The notes under the pieces were generated by a model, which saw only the letters and a program-made list of their open reading frames with translations, searched no databases and was not told where the DNA came from. DNA of 63,746 nucleotides, the filler included, from Octopus bimaculoides (Eukaryota), in NCBI RefSeq assembly GCF_001194135.2. It is 5 parts of 4 records of this genome, joined end to end, with 100 filler letters (N's around TTAATTAATTAA, not from the genome) between each part and the next. Parts side by side here need not be neighbours in the genome. Positions count along the whole stretch, not along the records: positions 36,508 to 56,558 come from NC_068984.1; 4 more parts are not named here. One strand, written 5' to 3'. Every line of letters begins with the position of its first letter. Within the stretch, counting starts at the first letter, position 1. A program made the position numbers and the translations under genes. Shown here piece after piece: positions 39,463 to 53,900 of the stretch.

Positions 39463-41778
39463 TTAATCGTTATATTAATATACATAAATACATTATACAT
39501 GCATGTGTGTATGTGCGTGTGTGTTTGTGTGTGTGTGTATACATAATGATGTATATATCTATCTATATATATACATGTTTTTATGTATGTATATGTATGT
39601 ATTTAAATATATTAATAAATACACACACATATTTGTCTTCGATGCTGCAGTTGGTTTAGTTTCAACACACACAGCATTTGCTATACTAGAACTTGGGTTG
39701 ATTCTGAAACTGCTTGCTCAATCTCATATCAAAATTATAAGCCAATACTTTTATTCAAGCCAGCAAGTAACCTCAGCATAATCATTCGACCAGCCTTACA
39801 TGCACACATACTTGCACCTTTACACATACTCAAATGCTACCTCCCTTCATAATGTGCCCTTTCTTCTAAGAAAACAAACTATGTACAATGAATAAATTAG
39901 TTCTAGTTATGTTTGAAATGGACATAATAAGCATTTCAGTCAAGACTGGAATACTTTTAACTGGAGGATTGATTAAAGCAAGTCAAGCAATCTCTAAAAA
40001 GAAGTCAATGAAGATGCACATATATGGATACTTGGACTAATAGAAATAGCATCCAAATATTTAGCATACAATACCCTAATGTGTTAAGTAAAATTTTCTT
40101 CATATAGGCTGGGTGCTGCAAAAAATAAACAATGATAAAAACAATGAATATTTAGCCTTTAAGTTTGAAAAACATTTGACAGAAATATTATCTTAATACT
40201 ATTACAAGAGTTGTTACTTGTATTTATGGTTTCCTACAGTAACAAAATTCCTGATGAATGTTGGCTTCTTTGAAATATGAAAATAAGGAAATGTTTCAGA
40301 AAGATAATATGTTAGGGCAAAAAAAAGATTGGTTTGATGACAAATTGTTAAATATATAAGATTAATATCTAGATTTGTTTAGTATTGGTTTGGTCACTTA
40401 TTGACAGACTAAGTAATCTAAATTTTTATTTGGAAACCAAACGGCATATATACACAGTTTATGTATCAGTATGTATGCATATATATGTGTGTGAGTGTGT
40501 ACATATATAATATATATATGTATACACTCACACATGTATATTTTTGTTATATGTATATATCTATATATAGTTATATTTATATGCATACACACACACATAC
40601 ACACACACACACATATACATATATATATATATATGCATAAGTATTTATATGTATATATGTATGTAGAGAGAAAGATTTACATACGCACATGCACACACAT
40701 AGTATGGAATATATACACACACACACGCATGCACACACAGACACACATACATATATACATACATTTATAAATATATGTGTGTATATGATCACATATATAT
40801 ATATGCATTTATATAGATATAGATACATAGATACATATATATGTGTATGCAAAAGTACATATACACACACATATATTCTCTGCGAGTGTGTTTGCATCTC
40901 TGTATATGCCTGTGTGTATGTGTGTGCGCACAGTATATTTTCCCTTATCTCTCTGAGAAATTTGTCACTTTTTAATGTTTTACTATAATGTTATTACATT
41001 ATATACACTAATGGCTCGAGATGTCAGAAAGTTAATGGCCAAGATGACATTGCCAATAACATTTTCTTCAATTATTTTACTTTTTTTTGGCTTTACTTTA
41101 TTTTTTTGTTGTTGTTTTATCAAATACAGCTCTCCTTTCTCCTGATTTCTCCTGATTTTTCCTGATATATAATGTAATATCTTTGATAATAATGAAGATT
41201 CTTTGTTTCTCAAATGAAACCCATCATATAAGTTATGACATTGATTTTCTTGGTATTGACTTTGGCATGTGGTCAATGTTTAGCAGGGCAAGAATATAGT
41301 TAAGTAAATTAGCTAAAAAGGGAGTTTGTATGTGGTCACTTGATATGCCATAAATAGCAGCCCCATCTCCCTTCTTCAAATCACACTCAGTAGGTCCCAG
41401 TGGATAATTTAGTCTTAGCTTCATGCTGAACCTTTCAGATGAGATGACGATTGACTGAGATATCTGGCACCTTGCTGTACTCAAGAAGACCTGTATTCCA
41501 CAGCAGAAGTCTTCAGGCTGGTCCTCTGGTGAAGAGAATTGATCTGCAAGAGTCTTGTGCTGGTGCCACATAGAAAACACTTGTACCAGTGTCATGTAAA
41601 AGCGCTCATGCAGTGCCATGTAAAAGGACCCAGCATACTTTGTGAGGTGGTTGGTGTTAGGAAAGGGTATTTAGCCATAGAAACCATACCAAATCCAACT
41701 GGAGCTTAGTGCAGCTCTCCAGCTTGTCAGCTCTGATCAAACCATTCAACCCATGCCAGCATGGACAGTGGACGTTAA

Positions 41779-41779
<1 letters not shown>

Positions 41780-41827
<48 letters not shown>
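41780..41827. repeat. (GAT)n microsatellite tail
   Basis: Directly visible. Confidence 0.95.
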
Positions 41828-41829
<2 letters not shown>

Positions 41830-43262
41830 CACTACTTGAATAAAAGATGTGATGGTCCTATTTGAAATATCGTTTCACAATAAGAATGCCTTATCATTTC
41901 ACACCTGGGGTTAAATAACATAACAATTACATTGTATTTCAGTTTAATGGTGTTTAATATTTATTTCAAGCTATCAAAAGACCTTCCAAGTATTTTGGGT
42001 CTATTTGTACTTTCTGAAAGGAAAGTAAGAAAATGAAAACATGTGTATATTAGATAATGATTAGTGACAAACATAAATAGGGACCAACTCACCTTAACAT
42101 CACATCCTGTTATTTTAAAGAAAAGAATAATTTGGAGAATTAAATCCAAGATAGGTCTGAAAATAAGACTGGATAATTATGACTGGAATGCCTTTAGCCA
42201 TAAGTTTGTTTGAACAGAAGGTTGACCCAGGAGCTATATAACTCTGACTAATAATTATTTTGTTAATTTCAGAAAGAGGGAGAGAATAAAGAATTCAAAG
42301 AGAACAAGAATTAATGCCTATAATAGTTCTACTGTTTCTTCTTGCTCATTACTCCCAGAATATGAGGGATCCTGAAAGTGGTCCTTCAGTTTGTCAGAAA
42401 CATCAGAAAATTCTTTCTTAAATCACAATGTGTTTGCTTCCAAAATGAAAAATGCATTGAAAATATTTTTCTGGATACACATAGAATTCAGATGATCATG
42501 GTTGGAATACCTGTGATTATAAATCTTCTCAGTCAAGGTTGAACTGTTGTTTAATAATAACACATTTTTTCTTAATTAAATTCCACTCTCAGGTAATAAG
42601 GTCCAAGGCCAACTGCTGTCAAGAATAATGTAAAACAATGGAATAAATTTACCAAAGGACATTACAGGTATTTATTCTATTGACTCCAGTGGGATGGAAA
42701 GCAAAGGTAAAATTCTTTGCAGATTTGAAGACCAAAAGCGCATAAAAAAATAAATGAAAGAAAATAAAAATAAAAGATAAAATTCTGTATTGCAGTAATT
42801 GAGAAATTGGTTTTGTGTCTTTGCAGTGCCAACATTCCAATGTATTGTTAGAGTGTCACAGTTAGTCAAGTCGTTAAGATGCCAAAAGGTAAATTGGATT
42901 AAGGATTTTAAGTTTGTATCATGTCACTAGTGCAGTATTGCATCCTTGTCAAAGACAATTAAGTTTCAAAGATTCAATCAAACTAGCTGTAAATATTTGC
43001 TGTAGAATGTTATATTTCACTACTGTCAGCTGCAGATGTATGTACTGTATAACTAACTAATAAGCAATTTAAACCGCTAGCTGAACTGTGTCTATTGCAA
43101 AGCTAACAATATATTGACATTTTTATCTGTCTTCAAACAGTTACAGCTAAGTTGAAGATTCTTTTTGAATTTGCTTCTCATCATCATTGTTACAATGTGT
43201 CATTGTTACAATGAGTCAAAAGTATTTAGCACACAAATAATCCCAATTTAGATATATGTCTG

Positions 43263-43308
<46 letters not shown>

Positions 43309-43315
43309 TTCTTTC

Positions 43316-43352
<37 letters not shown>

Positions 43353-43400
43353 TTTCTTTCTTTCTTTCTTTCTTCCTTTCTTTCTTTCTTTCTTTCTTGT
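43263..43400. repeat. (TTTC)n tetranucleotide microsatellite
   Basis: Directly visible. Confidence 0.97.
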
Positions 43401-43812
43401 CATTCTTTTCTTTTATCATAATCTTTAAATGGTCTCACTGATTAAAACGTGACCAAATTGGGGCACCACCTTGAAGAATTTTAGTTGAATGTATTGCCCC
43501 ACCACCCTGGTCCTTATTAGTTTTTCAACCTGTTACTTATTCTGTTGGTCCCTTTATTTTTTTTTTCCAACTGCTAAGTTATGGGGACATAAATACACCA
43601 ACACTATTTGTGAAGTGGTGGTAGAGGACAAACATAAACGCACACGCATATCTGTCTATATACATAACTTTTCCGATGCAAACAGGAAAAACAGAACTCA
43701 AAACAAGAGTATATATATTTCTAATAATATCTAGTAAAAGCAACAGAGTGAACCTTAGCCCTTGAATCACTCTGTTGCTTCTGCTATATATCAATAAAAA
43801 AATCTCTCTTTC

Positions 43813-43866
<54 letters not shown>

Positions 43867-46800
43867 TATATGAGTGGGTGTGTGGTAAGTTGCTTGCTTT
43901 CCGACCACATGGTTTCGGGTTTAATTCCACTGCATGGCACCTTGGGTAAGTGTCTTTTACTATAGCCTCTAGCTGACCAAAGCCTTGTCAGTGGATTTGG
44001 AAACTGAAAGAAGCCCATCACATGTGTGTGTGTGTGAGTGTGTGTGTGTGCGCGTGTATTAGCTCTATAAAGAATACTCTTTTCTACTCTAGGTACAAGG
44101 TCCAAAATTTTTGGTAAGGGGGCCAGTCAATTAGATTAACTCCAGAACTCAACTGGTACTTAATTTATTGACCCCCGAAAGGATGAAAGGCAAAGTCGAC
44201 CTCAGAGGAATTTGAACTCAGAACATAAAGCCAAACAAAATACTGCTAAGCATTTCATCCGGCATGCTAATGTTTCTACTAGCTCACCACCTCACTGGAG
44301 AGAATATTAAACATTTTTATAAGTCAATACTGTATTCTACTGTGTTAGCAGTGTGCTTTAGCAAACCTTAACAAGTAAATTTGTTTTATTTTTAATATCT
44401 CTATCCATAAGTATGTTTTGGACTAACAGATAGACAAAATATTACACTATCTTATAAGTATTATATTCCAGTTAGTGTCTAAATTAACTAAAGAATGGTA
44501 GAATACTAGAAAGAAACAAAACAAAAGATAAGAGAAATAGAAATAATGCTGGGATTACACACACATCAATTCATGTATTTTCTTCTGCCAAGGCAAAGCC
44601 AGTTTTCAGAATTTAGATGATTTATAAAATATTCTATTATCAAACTTTTCCCAAGTTGATAATGGAGTATTTATGTATCTTCTTCATAGTTGGATGCATA
44701 TGAATATCAAATTTAAGTTATCTACGTAACCATTTCCATTAATTTTTCCCAAATCTTCCTCAGTGCAATTTCTCTATTTTGTAGGACCCTTTTCTAACCT
44801 ATAATTTCTCCATTCAATCATTCACTAGCACTAAAATGATTGTCTCAGCTCTGACAAAACTAAAGAAAATCCCTTCTTCCCTGAATTGTCTCTATAATTA
44901 TTATAGTAGGTAATTTGGTTTTAAGAAATGTCTAATCATCCTTGTACTAACTAATCAACTATTAGGTATAAGAATAAAGCAAGGAATTTGTTGAAGCAAA
45001 CACTTAATAAGCAAGCTTAGATGTTTGACTTGAGGTAGAGTAGAGACAACACAATTACAAAGGAGTCTGTGTCAGAGCATTTAGGTTGTTAATCAGCCTG
45101 CCAGAAGTGAATGCTAAATCTCTCTCAAATCACAATTTAACATCTGAAGTAAAAGGAAGTATATATTAAGTATACCAGATGCACTATATTTAAAAAGAAA
45201 CAAAACAAAAGATAAGATAGTTGCAGCTGGAATGTCTTTGATTGGCTCAAAAAGAGCTGATTTGGGGCTAGACAGCACAATAAGTGTAGCAGATTAATTT
45301 TGCTGTCATACGCTTAAGCTGTTAATGAAAAGCCATCTTAATTACATGTATATATGTTGTGATTATCATCACCATAATGTTCGTCATTGTAAATATCATC
45401 GCTGTCATCAGTGTCCTTCCCCTCCTCCTTCTCATCATTGCTGTTGAACTGGATCTAAGTTAAAGTCTTTTAATATTTGTTCTGGTTTCTGGCACTCTGA
45501 GTTCAAGTAGCTCCAATAACAGCTTCGCTTTCATCGTCCTATGGTCAATATAGAAAGAACCAGTCAGAGATTGTGGGTTTTTAGAATTTTTAGAGCATCC
45601 AGTGTGATTCCTTGCAGTCCCCCATTCCAGCTCTTTGCAATGTGAGACAAAATTCCACCTAGGAATTTTGAGTTCAAATCCCAGCATTTGTCAGAACTAA
45701 TCATGCAACTATGGAACTGCAATTGATTATGAAAACTACAATGGGTAGAGGTGGAAATGTACCTGTCTGCTGGATATATGTAAATCTTCATACATTGAGT
45801 TAAAATCTAATCGAACAAATATATATAAGAAGATTAGTGCCAACCAATCAAAATGAAGTGCAGCAGACAAATATACAGAAGATAAGTTTGATAGTCCATA
45901 GAATTTAAGCTGTTATAGACAATTGATTATAAAGATGTTGTCTTCTGATAAAATGATGCCGAATTCGTAGAAAAATCTCAAACAGCAAACTTATCCAACT
46001 CATGAATAGTGAATAATACATTTGATTGCTTACCTACATTCTGTTAGCATTCACCGACATTTCCTTACTCTAGAGACTTTTCAGTTGTCCGCAGTTATCT
46101 TGTACTATGTGTTCTATAGCAAGCTAATGTTTATTGTTAGTGTAATATTTACTTGGAATCACAAGCAGCAAGTTATATCTTTGTATGCATTCATGTGTGT
46201 GTGTGTGTATGTGAGAAAGAGATTAATTATTATTCAACATGTAAGAATATAAATTTTCAGATTATTTACCTAATGTTTAAATAAAACAAAAAGACATCTC
46301 TCAATATTTACTTACACGAAATATTTTGATCTTTTTGATATTCAAGCATGACAAGGTGTTATTCTTGAACATGTACAATTCATCTTAGACATTTAAACAT
46401 TTATTGTTTAACTTTTTTTTTTTACATAAAACTATAAATTCAATAAAACATAGTTCTTTATTCATGTTTCAGTTGATTGTTCAACAATTTTGAAATAAAA
46501 AACTTTTTTCTTTTTCTTTTTCATAATTTCTTTATTTTCACATTGAATATCTGAATGATATACACATGAATCTACATGTCTCCATTCTGGTTTTAAGGGA
46601 TTTGATACCTTCAAAAGATTGACATTCTATCCAGAGTTAAATTTATCTCTTATCTGATAAACATAAATAAACCAGAACGATACATCATGCCTTTAAAAAC
46701 CTCATGGGGCCCCTTAAATCATTTACATTCTACAGTAAATCCAAACACCATACTTGAAAAAGCAACAGACTTTGTTCAAAATAACAATTACAATGGTGAT

Positions 46801-46999
46801 CAAGATGCTCATAAATACAACAAATTTCACTGAAATTACCTACAAACTTTCTACTGTTCTGCTATCTTTGCTTTCTAAAAGTATTTTTCTATTGTATTTT
46901 TTTTTTTTACTATCTTACTCAAAGATCAGAGTGTAATGGGATTTCTCAAAAGGCAGTGTAGTTCTTGTGGTGCCAAAACTATTAACCTATCAATTGAAA

Positions 47000-48750
47000 T
47001 TCCTTTTTAAAAATGAATGACAGCTTTGAGAGTCTCAGCACTTAAAATTCACATGTTATTTCTAAGTATTTCTTTTGGCAAAAGAAATAGAGGAAGTGCT
47101 AAAGGGCTAAGATCAAATCCATTCCTATTAATATATTTTTGTCCTTCTAAAATGCTTATTGATTTCTCTTGTCCTGTCAATTTCCCTTACCATGACCATT
47201 ATATCATTTATCATTTCTTTAAAATGTTAAAAATCCTTCAAATTTGGTTATATTTTGTTCTAAGTACTTCTTAGACTTGGCTGATATGAAGCCAAGCAAG
47301 ACCTTCTCTTTGGAGTATCTCTCCATATGCAATAATTCAAACCAATCCAAATATTACTAAGGCAACAAACAAGAGACTAGAATACCTATTTTCTGTCACT
47401 AGTACTTAGTTGTATCCATGATCAAGACATTAATCTCTTGAACCTCACAGTCATTATAGCTGTAAATAAGAAGTACTGCAAGGTGTGAAGGGAATGTTTT
47501 GCTTTAAGCAGTATTGATACTGTAAATTTGGCAAGTGATTCATGTTCATGTCTAACTGTCTTATAATGCTAATTTCAACTCTTTATGGGGAGAAGAATGG
47601 GCTCTGGCAAGCTGGCTTGTCTTAGATATGGTTCATAAAAATGCCCATATGGCTATCACCAAATGGGTTATCAAGTCACTAATTCTCATAGTCGATTGTT
47701 TGAATTAGCTATCTGCTGGTTCCCTTTTGTCTGATGACTCATTCTATCAATGAGCATTGTAGGTCATGTCACCATAAAATCTATCAAATGAAAAAATATG
47801 GGATATTCAAATACTGAAACCAGTTTAGCATGAAAACATTGGATATTTTTGTAATATAGCATGATATTAGGGCAATGTTATGGCAAAGTCTTAGTGGATC
47901 TGCAGAGGCCATGCATATTGCTAATTAAGTCATTGAATAATATCACAAAACAAAAAAGAAAATCTCTAACAGCTTTTAAAATTTCAACTCAGTGTCTTCT
48001 GAGTTCAGTCCACACACAATTCAAAATTATTTTTCCCTTCAACAAAAGAAGGATTTGATGGGTTTATTTTTTATTTCAACTTTGGTGATATAATAAAAAA
48101 GATAGACCAGACAGCATAAGGCTACGTTTTTTTGCCTTCTAGTTTGCTGCTTCTTTGGTTGTTTTTTTAAGTTCAATTCACATTGATGCCATATTCAATT
48201 TTCATTCCTCTGTTTACCTTTGATAAAGAGACAGGGAATCACTGTTAATCAACTATACTCCACCTGCCATCTAACGAGGAAGCTTATCAATGATAATTCA
48301 ACTTACTTGAAATAGCAGCAAAATCTTGCTCATGTCACATACAACCAGCTTACAAAAGAAAGGACAGGCTTAACCTTTTTTTGATACCAAACCACTTGAT
48401 CCCAGCCTGGTTTTATAAAACAAAATCTTTCATTTTCAAGTGTTTGTATTTAAAATCAAATATTGTAATGTAATTTTTATTTAAGAAACTTTCTATGTTC
48501 TTCTGTTCTTAGAGATCATACTCTAAACATCTGCTTAATACTGAAACATTTCTTGTTTCTTAAAGGGCAAGTGATGTTCACTCATGGGCTCAAAAAATGA
48601 CAACAGACTTAAACTACTGTTCAGTTGAGCCCCTTCAATTGGCTAATGGACGCTACTGATGTTGCCCATTTTGTTACAAGTGTCTGAGCCAGGACTTTCT
48701 TTTCAATAACCATCAACCCACCCTTCCAGTAGTCTTAGATACTATGTAAA
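47000..48750 (-). mobile_element. Possible old L1/Tx1-like LINE relic
   Basis: Only weak motifs, such as DYWKGGLMVIE...LVTKW (about 48600-48740), amid many stops. Confidence 0.25.
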
Positions 48751-49529
48751 GGGTCATAGATAATACCATACGAAAACAGCAGCAGCAGCAACAACAACAA
48801 CAATGACAACAAAAACAAAAGTAAAACAATGAAACATGTGGAGAGATGCAGGAAACAAAGCAACAATATATCTCCGTGTTTAATTCTGTTATTCAAATCA
48901 GCTTTATAGAAATAGATTATTTCTTTCTCTTATAATTATCAATTAATTTTGCATCAGCAAAGAATAGCTTCAGCCTCCTATCTTTACAGTTTATGATGAC
49001 TGATGCTGTTATTTGTAGTAATGGAGTTTAAGAGAATGGAAAGAAATAAAAGAGAAAATAAACTTTGGTTTAAGAATAGTTCTATGCCACTGTTTTTAGA
49101 GGCAGAGATTGTTTTGATTTTTCATATTTTTAAGAAATATATGATTTTATGAAGTAAAAAACAAGAAATAAAAATATGTAAGAGAGCATTGATCAAAATA
49201 TAAATGTATGTGCTGAATGTTATGTGTGTATGTGCGTATGTCGATATGAGCATGTATGAGTGGGTATATAATATATCTGTGTGTATGTTCTGTGTACATG
49301 TGTGTGTGTCAATACACACTAACATATATGTATATATGATATAAAAATATATGTAAAATATTACACACACACACACACACGCGCATATGTCAATGACTTG
49401 TATATATGTATATACATGGATATATATTTACTTGTATACATGTATATATAAGTATATATGTATATATATGCGTATGTGTGTGAGAGATTTATTATACCTC
49501 GCTCAGAGATTTAATACATACATACATAC

Positions 49530-49582
<53 letters not shown>

Positions 49583-50173
49583 NNNNNNNNNNNNNNNNNN
49601 NNNNNNNNNNNNNNNNNNNNNNNNNNNNNNNNNNNNNNNNNNNNNNNNNNNNNNNNNNNNNNNNNNNNNNNNNNNNNNTATATATACAACACACACACAC
49701 ATGCATATGTGTATATGAATGTGTGTGTGCGCGTGTGTACACGCACACAGACACACATACTCACACACAGACACAGACACATATATGCACACACATATAT
49801 ACTGAAACACTTTCATTCTCTGAATATATTACTGATAACTAAGATATTATATAATAGTATAACACCATTTTCATATGATAATCACTTTATGCTGGTGAAT
49901 ACACTATGGCAATAACAACAACAACAACAATAACAACAACAGCAGCAGCAGCAGCAGCAGCAAAAAGCCAGAAAATACTTAAATTGAATATTCATTTAGG
50001 ATTTGTCTTATCATTGTGATTTTCAATTCAATATTCGTAGATACCTTTGTAAGTTACAAAATGATACTTCCATCATTGTTTTTTCTTTATTTTTGTGTGA
50101 TTTTATATTTTATATATAAAACTATTTAGTAATATATTGAATGTTTTGTGTGCGTGTGAGCATCCATGCATGC

Positions 50174-50243
<70 letters not shown>

Positions 50244-50711
50244 GTCTTTGTACATATATGTTACGATGTTTCTTTCTTATTATAGAATATATGTTAAAAA
50301 TATGTAGAATATTTTTTACTCCTTATCATTTTATTTAATGTCCAATGTTTCTTTTTTACTGAGAAATTATCACTTTAGTTTCCTATTCTGATTTAATGTA
50401 CTGGTTGTAAGACGACATTTTGGTATATGGATGTGAGCGTTGGGAAGGAATGGATATGAGGGCGAGTTTGAGGCGTTTCTGAGGGTAGTCATGATGGTGA
50501 CAAAAACTGGTTTCTTTGGTACAGAGTAAAAGCCAAGTATTTCAAATGAAAATGGTATGGCTATATTCATATTTTATAAGAGGCTCACTGCTGGTATACA
50601 TGAAGTGAATTTCTTTTCACCTAGCGATCGAACCCACATACCTTCCACTTCAAGTCACTTGCTACAAAACACTAGACAAAATATTGTATAATGGGAATTG
50701 AACAAGATTTT

Positions 50712-50760
<49 letters not shown>

Positions 50761-50984
50761 AAATAGTAAATGAGTATATGCATATATACGTACAGGTATG
50801 TGCATACCGACATCCACCTGTATGTATAGGTGCATATCTGGGTACAGGACATTGCAAACAAAACGTAGACGAGAAAACACACAAGCCACATAGAGAACAT
50901 TCTTCTTCATCAGCTACCCCCCCACCTTTAACACCGGCGTTTCGAAGAGCTGGGCAGGACGCATCGTTAAAACGGCTATATATC

Positions 50985-51270
50985 ATCATCATCATCGTCG
51001 TCGTTAACGTCCGCTTTCCATGCTAGCATGGGTTGGACGATTTGACTGAGGACTGGAGGACCAGGAGGCAACACCAGACTCCAATCTGATTTGGCAGAGT
51101 TTCTACAGCTGGATGCCCTTCCTAACGCCAACCACTCCGAGAGTGTAGTGGGTGCTTTTACGTGCCACCGACACGAGGGCCAGTTAGGTGGTACTGGCGA
51201 CGGCCACGCTCGAAATGGTGTATTTTATGTGCCACCTGCACAAAAGCCAGTCCATCGGCACTTGGCCTCT
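50985..51270 (+). repeat. RTE-LINE-associated tail repeat; other copies at 20405-20700, 25105-25475, 33120-33580, 34895-35120 and 41400-41780
   Basis: Nearly identical atcatcgtttaacgtccgctttccatgctagcatgggttggac...ggatgcccttcctaacgccaaccact blocks. Accounts for several spurious ORFs (..LPNANHSESVVGAFTCH..). Confidence 0.85.
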
Positions 51271-52849
51271 GTATTCACATACAGGTCCATAAGATTTTAA
51301 CCCAGTGCACAATCATTCTTGACCCTAAGAGATTACCAGCAACAATACGTGTGTGTGTGCCATTGTAAAATGACAGACATTGGTACAATCAATGAAAATA
51401 GATTCCTGCATTTTAATTTGTCTCTCTTCCTCCGCTTTACACTGTCAAGTTTGCCTTGGTAGTTGTGGTCTAAAAAATGAATCCAGTAAAAAGATAGTAG
51501 AATATTTCTTTTATCAGCACACTTATTAATTTAGAGACAATTTAATCATGAAGGAATTGACTTGACCACTAAAGCCTATTAAAGAGTTTAATGGAACATA
51601 GAACATATCTGAATGGCATTGCATATTCCTAAACCCACTGATATCAAATATCCATAATTCTACTGGCATCTTCTACATATATTACTGAAAGACTAAAAGT
51701 TAGTAAATTCATCAGCTGATGTGTTTGATGTTTAAAGACTGGTGAGTGAGTAAGGAAAACTATATTTGCTAAGAACCAGATAATAAGGAAAACTATATTT
51801 TCAAAGAACTAGCTGAATAAGTTAGGTGAAAATTTAGATCAAGAATTTCAGAAATTAAATTATCTCTAAATTTTCTGACTTAATTTATCTTACATGATCA
51901 AATATTGTTACAATGACCAATAAGAACATATCTTGCTTTGACTACAGTTACTAATCTATATAATCTATATAATGTATCTGCCTTAGAGTCATACACTAAA
52001 TATTTCTCAAGAGACAATAGTGCAAAAATATATTAATTATAAATGTACATCAATTCTCAAGACAACAGAATTATTTCAAAGGAATGAGATAGGAAGAAGG
52101 TTTGCTGAACAGTTTCTCCTGCTCTAGAGTAATAGTATCAAGTGAGAAAGTAAATCAATTAAGTAATTCAGAATGATATCAGTAGCTCTATCTGAATGGA
52201 GATTAGTGGTTTAAATATAGCAGGCAGGAATTTTCAGGACTCACTCTGTTCCACTACATATTTCCATTTAATAACTTTTAGTTAATTTAAATTTTAGAGT
52301 AATAACCTTGCCCACGTTGAAAATAATTTTCGTTAACACTAATGGATTTAATAATTTTTCCTCACAGGTGTTATAATTATTTTTGTCTTTTAGTCAAGGA
52401 GAATGACAGTGTCAATAAACTTCTATAAGGCCTCTGAGAATAATGGAAAGTAGAGAGAGGGAAGTTATTCTCAAATTGGCGAGCTGAACCAAATGCTTGC
52501 AAAAAGTGAACTCTGCTAAAGATACCAAAGGTTTTATGTGGTGCTAAACCAGACAATGGATTTAGTCAATCTCAGACAAAGGTAAATGCAGTAGAATTGA
52601 ACCCAGTACCTCATAATGGCAAACAAACTTTTTAGTTATGCAACTGTGCTTGTATCTAACAAACATCAACCAAATCAATTTTAAACAATTTTTTTATTAA
52701 ATATTTTATTACATATCAAAAACCCATAAATAAAAGAACATCAATAATTTCAATGCATCTTTCACTATTCTTTATTATAAACCTTTATCAACATTTCTAT
52801 AAAGAGAATTCATGAACAATAAGACAGGCCACAACTTATACTAGCCATT

Positions 52850-53900
52850 CTAATGCTAGCAGTGATAGTTTCACGTAATCTTGAGCACTAAGCAATGGAC
52901 CGAACCACATTTTTTACTTTGTACTTTTTATAGCCTTTGCAAGCATTTACCATACCATGCATTTCTTGAAAAGTGAGTGGCTCTTCTTGACACTTCATTT
53001 TCATATAATACAGTATTCCTTCGTCTTGGAGTTGGATAAGGGACATTCAATTGAATAGCAAATGTGCAGTAAAATCTTTACACAGAAGTTCACTTTGGGT
53101 AAGCTAAACAGTTGTCCAAACATTTTTTCTCATTTTGTCATAGGGCTACAAATATGCTATGTGCTCTGGCATCTATCACAAAATGCTTTTCAAACCACTG
53201 TACAGTAATTTCAGGGATATTCCTGCCTACTTTATTTTCCTGGTATATGAATGAGAAAATTTTAACACTTAAAGCTCAAGAGCATTTACTTTTACTTATC
53301 CTCTATTGCTTACAACTGTGTATGTTAGTGTCTGTATCATTGGAGCATACTATTATGATAAATATCTTTAAAGTGTTTGAATTATGTTAGTCCTTCATCT
53401 TTTTCTATTAAGGTCCTCTTAGGTGAGCATTATCTAATACCATGCAGCTTTTTCTGTAATTCTTCTGCTCATGATTTAGTTCTCATTAAGACCAAATTTA
53501 ACAAATGCTTCCACAAACTAAGCAACTGATTTTTGGGTCATTTTACTCCATGTCAGTTCTTAAAACTTTGAAACCATCCTTCACCATAATTACAATATCC
53601 TAATTTAAGCTCTGTACATACTTTAGTCTGTTCTATTTCTCTGGTATCATCAATTACACACTTTAGTCTTATTAGAGCCACTCCATCAGCACTCAATCAT
53701 GCCTAACACTCTTATAATCTCTCACAGATTTTCTAATATTCTTGGAATCTGTCTTGGTAGAATTTCAATAATGTTTTCTTTCTTTTTCTTTAAATAGAAA
53801 AGATTTGACATACCAATATCATCAGTATCTCACCACTTCAGCTCAAAACACCATGGTCTAATTTGACTCAATGAACATATCCTGTATCAACATTGATTGT
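52850..53900 (-). mobile_element. pogo/Tigger-type transposase relic, heavily decayed
   Basis: Collinear motifs in broken frames: IGMSNLFYLKKKKENII (HTH), GEGWFQSFKN, QWFEKHF, LDNCLAYP and SLIQLQDEGIL..MK (compare SLIQPMDQGI). Confidence 0.72.

Noticed and set aside
40245-40290. CTGATGA...GAAA
   Set aside because: No supportable stem II, and the cleavage position would be G rather than H.
41233-41619. 128-aa ORF on the - strand
   Set aside because: Largely the reverse complement of the interspersed repeat also seen at 25320-25470; similar cases at 20467, 25116, 33123 and 51091.
44785-44909. AG/GT-bounded open frame on the + strand (DPFLTYNFSIQ...)
   Set aside because: No homology and no compatible neighbouring exons; expected by chance at this length.
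45340-45455. Acidic peptide on the - strand (NDEKEEGKDTDDSDD...)
   Set aside because: Best explained as a decayed (GAT)n microsatellite.
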